Below are positions 26,157-38,884 of a stretch of 64,000 nt of DNA, piece after piece (the stretch's first letter is position 1; each line of letters begins with the position of its first letter). The position numbers and the translations under genes were made by a program. This DNA is from Octopus sinensis. Its lineage: Eukaryota. The DNA is taken from assembly GCF_006345805.1 (NCBI RefSeq), contig NC_043015.1, positions 39,370,001 through 39,434,000 of the forward strand. The letters run 5' to 3'. The notes under the pieces were generated by a model. It was not told the DNA's origin and ran no database searches. It worked only from the letters and a program-made list of their open reading frames with translations.

Positions 26157-26209
26157 CTTGAATGTACCGAGTGCACTTGAGTACAAAAGAATTTTCGATA
26201 TAATGTCAT
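26157..26209 (-). CDS. Candidate micro-exon (DIISKILLYSSALGTFK)
   Basis: CTACAG| 53 nt open frame AAG|GTAAAA. Weak sites. Confidence 0.2.
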
Positions 26210-26250
26210 CTGTAGTTTTTGTAACTTAAGACCAGTTATACATACATACA

Positions 26251-26282
<32 letters not shown>

Positions 26283-26293
26283 CATAAATACAT

Positions 26294-26326
<33 letters not shown>

Positions 26327-26331
26327 ATATA

Positions 26332-26364
<33 letters not shown>

Positions 26365-26630
26365 ATATATGTACACTGTATTTTATGACTAATATATATA
26401 TATATATATTATATATATTAGTCATAAAATACAGTGTACGTTTAAACATATGAGGAATCCACTTGTGGGATTCAACACACTAGAAAGAACACCTAGATTT
26501 CATAACCACAAAATTGGGGATAAAATTCGACAGGAACGAAACGAAAAAATAAAAACATTTTACCATCTAATTTCCTGGACCAATTGGTTTCTGATTTTAG
26601 TTTAGCAAGTAAATTCATATATATACTCAC

Positions 26631-26658
26631 TAGGTGAAATTGTCCTCAGCAGGAACAC
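26631..26658 (-). CDS. Candidate micro-exon (VFLLRTISP)
   Basis: TTTAACCTAAG| 28 nt |GTGAGT. Confidence 0.15.
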
Positions 26659-26710
26659 CTTAGGTTAAATATATAAACACGAGGCGATCAATCTTTGTCC
26701 CTCTTGTTTA

Positions 26711-26751
<41 letters not shown>

Positions 26752-26849
26752 TATATTATACATACATACGTACATACATACATACATACATACATACATA
26801 CATACATACATACCTACATACATACATACATACATACATACATACATAC

Positions 26850-26893
<44 letters not shown>

Positions 26894-27068
26894 GTGTGTG
26901 GCGGGGTGTAAATAAACAGGGTGGCTTTTTTCGCAATGTTACAACCGAAAGGCAGAAATATATGTCACTAAAGCGACAGGTCGGCACCAGTATTGCTAGA
27001 AATAAGAGTTAAAACAACTCATAGACACAAGAAGAACCTTATCTTAATGACTGACAAGGGAGGTAAGC

Positions 27069-27232
27069 GCAGGTGTGGCTGTGTGGTAAGAAGCCTGCTT
27101 TCCAACAACATAGTTCTGGGTTCAGTCCTATCGCGTGGCACCTTGGGCAAGTATCTTCTACTATAGCTTCGGGCCTACCAAAACCTTGTGAGTGGATTTG
27201 GTAGACGGAAACTGAAGGAAGCCCGTCGTATA
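27069..27232 (+). mobile_element. SINE family A, 5' half
   Basis: tRNA head and conserved domain. Confidence 0.85.
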
Positions 27233-27481
27233 TATATATATTGTTATAAAGTGGGTTCCACTGATGTTACTGCCGTTGTACTGTAGTTGCTGTTTTATGC
27301 TAGCAGCCACAATAGTTACTAGTCATCGGATACCGTTGTGTCTCTTCGTATCGGAATAGTAATATCACTACCTATGACGGCTCCGGTCTGCGTCCACTTT
27401 CGTCGATTACTTGACCTAGGTATTTCATTTTTTTCATAAAAAATTTGCATTTTTCTTCTATCAGTTTCAGCCCGTATTCAC

Positions 27482-28600
27482 TTATTCTCTCGAATCCTTT
27501 TTTTTTATGCGTTCGGCGTGTTGCACCCGAGACTCCCTCATTATCAAAATGTCATCGAGGTATGCAATGGCGAAGTCGCAATCACTTAACATCGCGTCCA
27601 TTATTTGTTTGAATATGGCGGGTGCCACTCTTACACCAAACAGCAGTCGTTTGAACTTGTGCAATCCACGGTGCGTGTTGATTGTTGGGTAGATGTGTGC
27701 AATCTTCTTCCATCTGAATTTGAAGGTACACCTCTGAGAGGTCTAACTTCGAGAAAATTTCACTTCCGTTTAGTTTAGCAAATACTTCTTCGGGGTTTGG
27801 TAGTGAGTAATCGTGTGTGAGTAGTAAGCAGTCGTTTAGTCCGGTTGGGAAATCTGGGCACACTCTTAGCTTATTATTATTTTTTATTTACGTAGACCAC
27901 TGGTACTGTCCAGTCTGCATGGTCAATCTTTTCAATTATATTCAGGCCTCCCAACCTTTCTAGTTCTTTATTGACCTGGTCTACCGCCGCAAATGGCACG
28001 TTCCGTTTGGGCCTGAAAATAGGTGTTGAATTTTCTTTGATAGTAATCCTTGCTTTTGTTTTTTTGTGCAACAGCCTAAACGTTCCGAAAAAAACTTTTG
28101 GGAAAGTTTCTTTCATTATTTTGTCTCAGTTGTCTTCATTCGATCGTTTGACTGTTCCGTTTACTTAATTGCACAAAACGCTTCTGGGTGATCCCATAAA
28201 TTAAATTTCTCCGTACATCCGGTGCCAAATGAATTCATGGGTTTTTTTTTTCAACACATAAACATTCACAATTTTGATTCGAGGTTTGAACATTATATTA
28301 CAAACGTGTTCACCCGTGAAATATAATTTTCTTCCCGTAACACCATACACTATTTTGTTTTGGACTACATAATTTTGGTTTACCTATTTGTTCCCATGTT
28401 TTCTCAATTATGATTGTGATGTCACTTCCGGTGGCTAATTGCATTCTGACACTCGTGGTTTCAATTCTCACATTCACAAAGAATTTTCTGTTTGATGTAG
28501 TCACAACTTTTCCTGCTTATAAACAATTTCTTTTTTCTTGTTTGTTCCATTTTTCTATCATTCTGGTTTTGCTGTGCGATTTTATCTGCCCTGTAAACCC
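27482..28600 (-). mobile_element. Ty3/gypsy LTR retrotransposon pol remnant (protease + RT)
   Basis: QLATGSDITII (protease D-T-G motif mutated); PIFRPKRNVPFA..ELERL..W..PVVYV; LPNPEEVFAKLNG..FSKLDLSEVYLQI; RLLFGV..APAIFKQIM..AYLDDILI. Frameshifted. Confidence 0.92.
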
Positions 28601-28637
28601 GCAGCGAAAACAATTTGCTTTTTTTTATACTCTCTCT

Positions 28638-29039
28638 CTCTTTTACTCTTTTACTCTTTTACTTGTTTCAGTCATTTGACTGCGGCCATGCTGGAGCACC
28701 GCCTTTAGTCGAGCAAATCAACCCCGGGACTTATTCTTTGTAAGCCCAGTACTTATTCTATCGGTGTCTTTTTGCCGAACCGCTAAGTGACGGGGACGTA
28801 AACACACCAGTATCGGTTGTCAAGCAATGCTAGGGGGACAAACACAGACACACACAACACACACATATATATATACATATATACGACAGGCTTCTTTCAG
28901 TTTTCCGTCTACCAAATCCACTCACAAGGCATTTGGTCGCCCGGGGCTATAGCAGAAGATACTTGCCCAAGATCCACGCAGTGGGACTGAACCCGGACCA
29001 TGTGGTTGGTTAGCAAGCTACTTACCACACAGCCACTCC
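28638..29039 (-). mobile_element. SINE family A, full length
   Basis: Head through tail present. Confidence 0.9.
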
Positions 29040-29209
29040 TGGACAATCTTTTTTCAGGTGCAACCCACCACATGCCATTCACTTTATTTGTCTTCCAACA
29101 TTTTTTTTTTTTGCTCTGGTCTTATGTGAAAACACTCTTTCCGTTGAATTTTTTTTCCGTGTCATGTCTTAATTTTAATACCATGTCATACTCGTCCAAC
29201 AGTTTCTTA

Positions 29210-29357
29210 TTTCTTATTTCTTTACTGCCCACAAGGGGGCTACACACAGAGGGGACAAACAAGGACAGAGAAAGGGATTAAGTCGATTACATCGACCTCA
29301 GCACGTAACTGGTACTTAATATATCGACCCCGAAAGGATGAAAGGCAAAGTCGACCG
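29210..29357 (-). mobile_element. SINE family B, 3' part
   Basis: Core and tail. Confidence 0.85.
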
Positions 29358-30010
29358 AAAAAGAAGAAGAAGAAGGAAGAAGAAGAAGAAGAAGAAGAAA
29401 ATGAGATGAGGAAGAGGTAAAGAAGGGGAGGTAGGCTAAAAGGAGGAGTAGAGACATTGGGAGAAAAGAAGAAGGAGAAGAAGAAGAAGAAGAAGAAGAA
29501 GAGAAGAAGAAGGAGAAAAAAGAAGAGGAAGAAGAAGAAGAAGAGGAAGAAGAAGAAGAAAAAGAAGAAGAGAAGAAGAAGAAGAAGAAGAAAATGAGAT
29601 GAGGAAGAGGTAAAGAAGGGGAGGTAGGCTAAAAGGAGGAGTAGAGACATTGGGAGAAAAGAAGAAGGAGAAGAAGAAGAAGAAGAAGAAGAAGAAGAAG
29701 AAGAAGAAGAAGAAGGAAAAGAAGAGGAAGAAGAAGAAGAAGAGGAAGAAGAAGAAGAAAAAGAAGAAGAGAAGAAGAAGAAGAAGAAGAAGAAGAGAAG
29801 AAGAAGAAGTTGAGATGAGGAAGAGGTAAAGAAGGGGAGGTAGGCTAAAAGGAGGAGTAGAGACATTGGGAGAAAAGAAGAAGGAGAAGAAGAAGAAGAA
29901 GAAGAAGAAGAAGGAAAAAGAAGAGGAAGAAGAAGAAGAGGAAGAAGATGAAGAAAAAGAAGAAGAGAAGAAGAAGAAGAAGAAGAAGAAGAAGAAGGAG
30001 GAGGAGGAGG
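29358..30010. repeat. (GAA)n-rich tract with three ~190-220-bp higher-order units
   Basis: TGAGATGAGGAAGAGGTAAAGAAGGGGAGGTAGGCTAAAAGGAGGAGTAGAGACATTGGGAG repeated identically at about 29402, 29594 and 29811. Confidence 0.9.
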
Positions 30011-30559
30011 AATTCGCTCGGTTTCTCTACGCATGCACAGAGATTTGAACTCTACCCACAATCTGGCAGGAACCGTGTCCGTACTCCCTACAAATGTTAT
30101 TCAGAATGGGTCAGTCTACCATAGCTCTGGACAAGGGTCAACGACCACCACACAAATCGTTAAACTAGCTTTTATGCCCGCACACTCCATAACTGTATTC
30201 TCCGAATCCAGAGCCAACTCCTTGGATTCAGTCCCGGCATGCGCAGAGCTTTTTGAGTAAGCAACGGACTGGTCGTTCACACCTGGACTCACCATGACCC
30301 GTTTTCTTCTCCCATGTGATATCCTTGGACATCGTCGACAGCGACGGAGGAACAGTATTATTGTCTGAATATAATGGCTGCAGAATCCACATATAATTAC
30401 CAGTAAAAGGATGAGACAAAGACACCAAGAGATGCACTTTTGTAACACGATCTAACGACTGTGTGTCGAGAAAGGTTTTTTATGCATCATCAAAACCATA
30501 TTCTTTAGCGACGTGTTTTGGTAAGAACTCGATACTCTGTAATTCTTCATTATCATTCC
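30010..30559 (-). pseudogene. Possible degenerate class A GPCR segment (ECL2-TM5-ICL3-TM6-TM7)
   Basis: Frame with WCLCLILLLVIICGFCSHYIQTIILFLRRCRR (TM5-like), IKASLTICVVVV (TM6-like) and VPARLWV (TM7-like). An adjacent frame reads YGFDDA*KTFL..DRVT. In-frame stops present; similarity judged by eye. Confidence 0.3.
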
Positions 30560-30589
30560 TACAGTCGCAGTTATACATATTCATATACA

Positions 30590-30643
30590 AAACATACATA
30601 TATGTGCACACATATACATACGCGCACACATATATGTGTGTGC

Positions 30644-30674
<31 letters not shown>

Positions 30675-30851
30675 TGTATGTATGTATGTATGTATGCATG
30701 TATGTATGTTATATATATATATATATATGTATTTATATGTATATATATGTATATATATATGTATATATAATAATATATATGTATATATATATGTATATAA
30801 TATGTATATATATATATGTATATATATATATGTATATGTATATATATTATC

Positions 30852-30882
<31 letters not shown>

Positions 30883-30901
30883 ATAATATATATATATATA
30901 T

Positions 30902-30936
<35 letters not shown>

Positions 30937-31000
30937 TGCATATATACATATTTATACACACACACCCACACACACACACACATGTATGTATGTATGTATA
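30590..31000. repeat. (TATG)n/(TA)n microsatellite
   Basis: Directly visible. Confidence 0.95.
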
Positions 31001-31537
31001 TTGGCTTGCTCGCCTAGTCAGCAGGTAGCGTCATTTGGATGCTAAAACGGTGCAAAGTGCATTGTGACCAGTGATGTATAGCAACATACGATAGTCTGGG
31101 CGATCACGTGATATACATACATACATATATACATATGTATAAATACTCTCACACACACACACATACACATATATATGTGTGTGTGGTGTGTAAGTGTCAA
31201 TGCCTCTTTCTCTTTAGCAATTCTCAACGAATTTTTACCAAATTTCTCTAAGAAACCCAGATCTAACCCAAATAATGCAAGAGCTAAAATATACCGAGTT
31301 CGAGCCCACCTGGGGTAAAACAAGAAGAGTCAAGGAAAGAGAAGTAGAAAGAGTGAAAGTTGTAAAGGGGTAGGAATGGAATAGGAGGGTCAGTGAGAGG
31401 TACGCAAGTGTTGCTTGTCGCATCAAACTGTTTTTCTTTCTCCTTCAGTCATTTTTTAACCTCTCTCCCACGTGCACGGACTTTCTCACTCTTCTCTCTC
31501 TCTCTCTCTCCCTCTCTCCTGTTTATCTTTCTCTCTA

Positions 31538-31596
31538 TGTATGTATGTATGTATGTATGTATGTATAAATTATATATATGCATAATATATATATAC

Positions 31597-31652
<56 letters not shown>

Positions 31653-31729
31653 CATATATATATATATGTATATATATGTATATATATATATATGTATATA
31701 TATATGTGTATTTATATATATATATATAC

Positions 31730-31775
<46 letters not shown>

Positions 31776-31869
31776 ATATATATATATATTATATATACAT
31801 ACATACATACATACCATACATACATATATATGTATATATATATATGTATATATATATGTTCATATATAT

Positions 31870-31908
<39 letters not shown>

Positions 31909-31936
31909 ATATATATATAATATTATATATATATAG
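31538..31936. repeat. (TATG)n/(TA)n microsatellite
   Basis: Directly visible. Confidence 0.95.
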
Positions 31937-32034
31937 GAATGGCTTGTCTATAAGAATTCATCCAAGATGAATCGATGAAAGGGACGAAAGCGCTAAATGA
32001 ACAGATTTCGTCAAAATCCTGCCTTCTTTCTTTT

Positions 32035-32640
32035 TAAATAAGTATCCGGACTGTTGCCATAGTAACAAAGCTAACGCATGCAGAGTAAAGCCACTTGGCC
32101 CAGAGTGGCCTTGAACTTTGTTGTGCATGCGCACTAAGTTTTAACGTTCTAGATCATTTCCAGTGTTTACAGCAGTGCTTGGAAGGAAGGTGTGTAGCGT
32201 GTGATCGTCGCATTGACCGTGACAGAGAATGTTGTCATGGTGATACCTGCTCAGAAGTCGACGCAAAGTTGCAGAAAGTGTATGGAGAGGAGTGTATGAG
32301 CCACACACTTGTGTACGAGTGGTTCAGACGTTTCCAAGATGGCCGAAACAATGTCGATATTGACAAACCTTCTGGGAGACCCGCAACCAGCAAAATTGAG
32401 AGAAACATAGCAGATGTGCATGCAACTGTGAGGAGAAATTGTTGAATCCCCATCCATGATTTATCAGATAACGTGCAGATTAGTTACAGTCAGTTCAGTC
32501 CATTATCACTGAAGATTTGGGTATGAGACGTGTATCTGCCAAGTTTGTGCCAAAACTGCTTTCAGCTGACCAAAAAGACACTCGGGTTTCAGTTGCACAA
32601 GATCTCCTTGATTGTGTCGAGAACGATGAAAACTTTTTCC
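32035..32640 (+). mobile_element. mariner transposon remnant (5' end + HTH region)
   Basis: KLQKVYGEECMSHTLVYEWFRRFQDGR..SGRPATS..EDLGMRRVSAKFVPKLLSADQKDTRVSVAQDLL. AAGTATCCGGACT TIR-like remnant. Confidence 0.9.
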
Positions 32641-32699
32641 TTCAGCAAAGTTATGGAGGAATGGCATATAGTATTATCTTCATAGCAGTGGATGGCAAT

Positions 32700-32900
32700 C
32701 AGTATGTTTGCATTTTATCTTCAAGATCCAAAAGTAAGTACTTCTCCTAAGTCCTTCTCCCCTAATATAGCCATCACCAGAACCTTTCACTTCGTTTTTT
32801 TTTCCTACAGACACCGATAAAGTGGTATTTAAGATGAACATCAACCGCATTGATCTCACCAGACTGGGATGATCTGTAGAGGTCAAGGGCACTCCTCAAA
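32700..32900 (-). mobile_element. Decayed RTE-like RT fragment
   Basis: Weak similarity: GVP..DHPSLVRSMRLMF..SVSVG..G.G.R. Confidence 0.3.
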
Positions 32901-34193
32901 CCCGCTTGTCTTCCTCTGTCTCATAAAAACAGTCTCGCGGCTGAAAATGAGGGGAAGAGGAAGAATAACGATAGGGGGAAAACGATAACAGCGTGAAGTG
33001 GATTAAGGTGCATTAAGGCAGATTAAGGAGTGAGGTGGATTACGATGAAATAAATACATACGTCTTTATGGAGACCATAACTTTAAATGATGTTGGCCAT
33101 TTTCTTAATAAAATTAATTAAACTTTAATTTCGCTTCTAATTAACAGGAAAATATTAGAAATATTTCTGACTGTCGTTCATTTTTGATCAGGTATCAGTT
33201 ATTGTTGTTGATTAGCAGCAGATCAATACTAACCGAACTGGTCTATGATCAAAACCATTCCAGTTACGACCATTCATAATTTCATGACTTTTAAAGGACA
33301 CATTCCTCAGCTTTACATAATGTCGATATAACTATTATTTCTAGCTGGTTGAAAGCCCACACAATGAGGGTGTTGTTGACTCAGGGAATATTAAAAATAA
33401 ATTTTATAGAAATTAGTTAATTATTTTGATTTGTGAGGTTTTTTTTTTAAATACTCAAATTACTATGAAAACATCTGCGTGGCAACGTTAGAAATTACAA
33501 GTTAACTTAGTGTAAATAAAGTAATTATGAATGTATTTGCCAGTGTGACACCTGCTGACTTCAACTATTTATACAAGGGCTTCCTTTATTTATATTTTGT
33601 AGCAGAAGGAAACAAATAATAGAGTTTGGAAGCAGAGTTATTAGAGTAGCAGAAGCCATCGGGTTATATGCAATATGTATATACATATTTTATTTCGATG
33701 TCTTGAAAGAGTAGAGGACATTTTTACGGCCTCAAGTCTGGTGGGATAAAGAGGCGAATTTATTCTCAAATTGAGATCTGACGCCCCTACCAACTCAATA
33801 TTCACAACTGCGAGGACTCTGTTAAAGACTGTCAATGATCAGGTGGTGATGCTAAACCGGAAACGGATTAATTCTGTCATCTAAGGGCAGGTAACTCTAA
33901 CAGACTTTCACACAGTTTCCGTCAGTCAAATTTTACTGACAATAATCTTCCCGGATTAAATTGTGTTGAAGGCACGATTAATTCCTCTGAACTGAAATTT
34001 CTCTTGAAATTAAACAAAAGGAAGGTCGTGTGGTCTCTAGCTTCAGTGTCATCAGATCTATTTACTGGGTAATAGCGTCAGCAGAAGAATATAACCACTG
34101 TTAACGACACCAAGGGTTCGCACGCAACCCTAGCCACGTTGCTTTCTTGGCTAACGTTGACAACGCAATCGAAAGCTTTCATATCATTGTAAA

Positions 34194-34259
<66 letters not shown>

Positions 34260-34499
34260 GCTGCTGCTGCTGAAATTATTGGTTTCTCATTGAGGTGCAA
34301 TGTCAGCAAATTTGAAGAGAGACGAAATAGTCGATACTATCGGTTCTAGTACTTGAGTTATCGACCCCAGAATGAATGCAAAGCTAACTTCGGTAGAATT
34401 TGAACCTTGAATGTAAAGAGTCGGAACAGATACTGCAAAGCACTTTTTCCGAGACTTTAACGATTCTGCCGGCATGCCGTCCTAATACTAATAATAATA

Positions 34500-34552
<53 letters not shown>

Positions 34553-34624
34553 GATGATGATGATGATAAATATAAAAATTTTAAAACAAACTCATAATTT
34601 TCTTACGTTTTCTTAAACATTCTC

Positions 34625-34761
34625 TAGAACAATACTATGTGCAAAACCAAATATATGGCACTCTAGGCATAACACCAAAATTAACTTTTAACTGGTTGTC
34701 TCTTGAAGTCTCTGGGTGAGACTTGGAGTCAACGTGTACAAATGCAAAGCAAAAGTCAAAC

Positions 34762-34835
<74 letters not shown>
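34625..34835 (+). mobile_element. R4/Dong-like LINE 3' UTR with (TAA)n tail
   Basis: ..GTCTCTTGAAGTCTCTGGGTGAGACTTGGAG..GCAAAAGTCAAACAT(AAT)n. The same UTR follows the ORF end at about 36080-36210. Confidence 0.75.
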
Positions 34836-35197
34836 GTAACAAATATCCAATGAGATAAACTACCACCAGCACAAATACCCAATGAAATGAAATAAAGTAC
34901 CACCAGCAAGCCGGATAGCCAACGCATTACACACTCAGTGCACAATACAAGAACTAATACAACAAAAGATTGCACCACACCTCAAACAAAAAAAAAAAAG
35001 AAAAAAAGAAAAAAAGAAAAGAAAAGAAAAGAAACTGGCGCAATACAACATCGGCAAGAATTTGCACACTCCCAACAACACCAACAAAAAAGAACATACA
35101 ATGCTGCACACACCCAGCAACACGGATGTGTAGCAGCTGATGCAGCAGAAATTTGCCTGAAACTATCAAATGCTGACCAATGATGATGATGATGATA

Positions 35198-35244
<47 letters not shown>

Positions 35245-35245
35245 T

Positions 35246-35322
<77 letters not shown>

Positions 35323-35412
35323 TAATAATAATAATAATAAAAATAAAAATAATAATAATAATAATATAATAATATAATAATAATAATAATAATATAATAA
35401 TAATAATAATAA

Positions 35413-35815
35413 AGAGTTTGACAAGCTCAGAAAATATAAAGACCTGCTCATTGAAATTGAGAAAATGTGGCATCTCAAGGCGGTTACAATACCAGTGATC
35501 GTAGGAGCACTAGGAATGATCAAGAAGGGAACCGAAAATTATATGAGAATGATCCCTGGCTTACCATCCCTGCAAGAAGTGCAAAAGATTGTCTTAACTG
35601 GTACATCACACGTATTGAGAAGAGCATTGTCGATGTGAGAACTATTTCTACCCATGTATTTTAATTTAACTTTAAAAAAAAAGAAATGAACGAACTAGTG
35701 AGTTTAGTTTAATGGCCTACCAATGTATACTATGAGTTTCTTTGCCCTAGGAGTCGGAAAGACACTCGGCAAGAAATAGAAGTAAATTTGAAAGAAGAAG
35801 TAAAAAAATATAACA
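35413..35815 (+). mobile_element. R4/Dong-like LINE 3' end (restriction-like endonuclease C-terminus + UTR)
   Basis: EFDKLRKYKDLLIEIEKMWHLKAVTIPVIVGALGMIKKG..VQKIVLTGTSHVLRRALSM*, flanked by (AAT)n. Confidence 0.88.
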
Positions 35816-35818
35816 ATG

Positions 35819-35876
<58 letters not shown>

Positions 35877-35880
35877 TAAT

Positions 35881-36213
35881 AGCAAAAGGGGGTGATTGCT
35901 ACCTAACTCAGATACCAGGAAACCCCAAAATGGCAGAAATTCAAAAGATAATGCTCATGGGAACTGCTCATATCCTACGCAAAGTACTCTCTATGTAATC
36001 CCAAGGTTTAAAACAAACTTTTTTTTTTAAATTTATTTATTAGACATTCAGTCGTACACCCCCCCCCCCAAAAAAACAACAACCAAATATATGGCACACT
36101 AGGCATAACAACAACGTGAACTTCCAACCTGTTGTCTCTTGAGGTCTCTGGGTGAGACTTGGAGCCAACTTGTACAGACATAAAGCAAAAGTCAAACATA
36201 GAATAATAATAAA

Positions 36214-36258
<45 letters not shown>

Positions 36259-36265
36259 TAATAAT
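35881..36265 (+). mobile_element. R4/Dong-like LINE 3' end
   Basis: YLTQIPGNPKMAEIQKIMLMGTAHILRKVLSM* + UTR + (AAT)n. Confidence 0.85.
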
Positions 36266-36274
36266 AATAATAAA

Positions 36275-36612
36275 TTTTAACATCCATCCTGGTGGAGTAA
36301 ACTCACAAATTTATGGAACCGAACGATGTTTCCGCACTGAACAAAAAGGGTTCCGACGTGGCTCATATCGATGCAAAGACCAACTCTTAAATCAATCGCA
36401 TGATCCTTGAGAACTGTCATAAGAAATGCAGAAACCTCAGTTCCGCATGGCTTGATTATAAAAAAGGCCTTTGACAGCATACCGCATTCATGGATCTTGA
36501 AATCGCTGGACATCTTCAAAATTTCTCCTGCGATTTCAAACTTCTTGAAGCACAGCATGTCAATGTGGAATACGAATCTCCAAATATACCACGCTAATGG
36601 ACTTACTTTCAC
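36275..36612 (+). mobile_element. R4/Dong-like LINE RT fragment
   Basis: EQKGFRRGSYRCKDQLL-INRMILENC..AWLDY-KKAFDSIPHSWILKSL. Confidence 0.88.
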
Positions 36613-36623
36613 CTTTAATTTTT

Positions 36624-36736
<113 letters not shown>

Positions 36737-36744
36737 ATAGTAGT

Positions 36745-37145
36745 AGATAAAGACAATAGAAAGTGCCGGATAAATTGACTTTACAGTCGCAAATGATGAA
36801 AAAATTAATTTGAGAAATATAGAAAAAAGTAGCAAAGTAGCGGGACCTAGCCACTGGATTACAGAAACTATGGAAAGTGCGGATAAAATGTATCCCAGTA
36901 ATTATAGGTGCATTGGGGGACTATCCCTAAAGATCTGAACAGATGGATAGAGGAAATAGGCATAAAACCCAGTTTAGTACAGCTCCCCAAAAACATTGTT
37001 ATTAGGGACAGCTGGGATACTTAGGAGGGTTCTTGGCAGCTAAGGTTACTTGCTGTAACCCAATAGGAGGGTTCTTGGCACCTAAGGCTACCTGTTGTAG
37101 CCCGATGTTAGGATTCTTTTCTTTTCCAACAGTCTAAACGGTTGA
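36745..37145 (+). mobile_element. R4-like LINE 3' end (different subfamily) between (TAG)n and (TAA)n
   Basis: CRI.DFTVAND..LQKLWKVRIKCIPVIIGALGTIPKDL..LLGTAGILRRVLGS*. Confidence 0.85.
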
Positions 37146-37179
37146 GTGTATATGAATAATAATAATAATAATAATAATC

Positions 37180-37220
<41 letters not shown>

Positions 37221-37221
37221 C

Positions 37222-37261
<40 letters not shown>

Positions 37262-37262
<1 letters not shown>

Positions 37263-37647
37263 CCTTTCTACTATAGGCACAAGGCCTGGATTTTGTGGGG
37301 AGGGGGCATGTCGATTAGATCGATTCCAGTGTTCAACTGGTACTTATTTTGTCGATTTCCGAAAGGATGAAAAGCAAAGTCGACCTCACCGGAATTTGAA
37401 CTCAGAACGTAGCCGCAGACGTAATACCTATTTCTTTACTACCCACAAGGGGCTAAACACAGAGAGGACAAACAAGGACAGACAGAGGGATTAAGTCGAT
37501 TACATCGACCCCAGTGCGTAACTGGTACTTAATTTATCGACCCCGAAAGGATGAAAGGCAAAGTCGACCTCGGCGGAATTTGAACTCAGAACGTAGCGGC
37601 TTGCGAAATACCCGCTAAGCATTTCGTCCTGCACGCTAACGATTCTG

Positions 37648-37650
<3 letters not shown>
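37262..37650 (-). mobile_element. SINE family B nested in an older family B copy
   Basis: Young unit tail AAAGAAATAG joins GTATTACGTCTGCGG of the host head. Confidence 0.9.
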
Positions 37651-37686
<36 letters not shown>

Positions 37687-38884
37687 TATGAGCGATGTCC
37701 CCTTTTAAAGATGTAGATCAATGTATACATTCTTAAGAGGAAGTAGATTGCTGTTGCTGTGAGTCGCCGTGGTAATTAAGTCTTGAAGAAAGAATTAAAA
37801 GAATAAAACAAAACAACACTGGAGTTTTTTTTTCTGTTTTTTGTTTCTGTTTTTTGAAATCTGTGTTGATAAATGCTATTAGTTTAATTAGAGCCGACAG
37901 GATGGAGGAGGAGGAGAAGGAGAAGATATTTAACACCTCTGCTGTTTCCAATGGAATATCTTTTACTTCTAAATGTCAGAGGGACTTTCGATCCCCCCCT
38001 GCTTTCCCAATCTCCTTCCCAAACGGCTCTAATAATATCTGATTGTAGATAGTCAGCTCCTTATCCGCTGCCACTACACATCAATTCTATCATTTGTATT
38101 TTTTATCGCTAAATAGCAGACGTTCATGACAATTTGTGTGTATCATTTCCTTTTGACATTCCTAGTAGTGCCAGTTTAGGCGAATGAAGTGACGATGGTT
38201 GCTATGTTTTCGCAGGATGTCTTACATAACAAACACCGACATTCTCTTGCTTTTACAAGTCTGGATATTCTTTGGAAGAAGGGTTTACTAAACTTGTTAC
38301 AGCAACTTTCTTCTCTCTCTCTCTCTCGAAGATTCGAAGTTTTCTTACACAAACATTCTAGGTCATTTTTTAATAAACACAAATGGAATTTAATCAAACT
38401 TTTCTAAAAATGGTATTCGACCTCCTCCCCGACTCGGGTACCAGGGTGAATAGTTCTGTTGTTAAACGGTGGACAAGATCTTTTGATAACAAGTCGGGTA
38501 CATAACAAGATTTTCGTGCCGGGTAAATAGAAATATAATCGCAAGAATTCGAGGAGATATGCTGTTGTGTTGTTCAGTGCTATGTTTATCTTTATTGACC
38601 CGGGACCAAAGACAATCTAGCCTTGACCTCCACATCTAATACGCATTTGATTTGAGGGAGATTTGGCTACTGTTCCTTAGCTGTGACCTAGTAGGGTCCC
38701 TTGTTGTTACGTTGTGTTAGTGTTGGAGTTAACGATCCAGGAAGTGGAAAGAAGGAAGATTCTTTCTGGTAAAATGTCTGCCACAAATTTTAATTTTAAA
38801 AAGGGTAATTTTTAAGGTAAAACAACATTTTTTAAAAACCGTGACTCATTAATAGGGAGGTAACGGGTAAATAAACTGAAGGCT

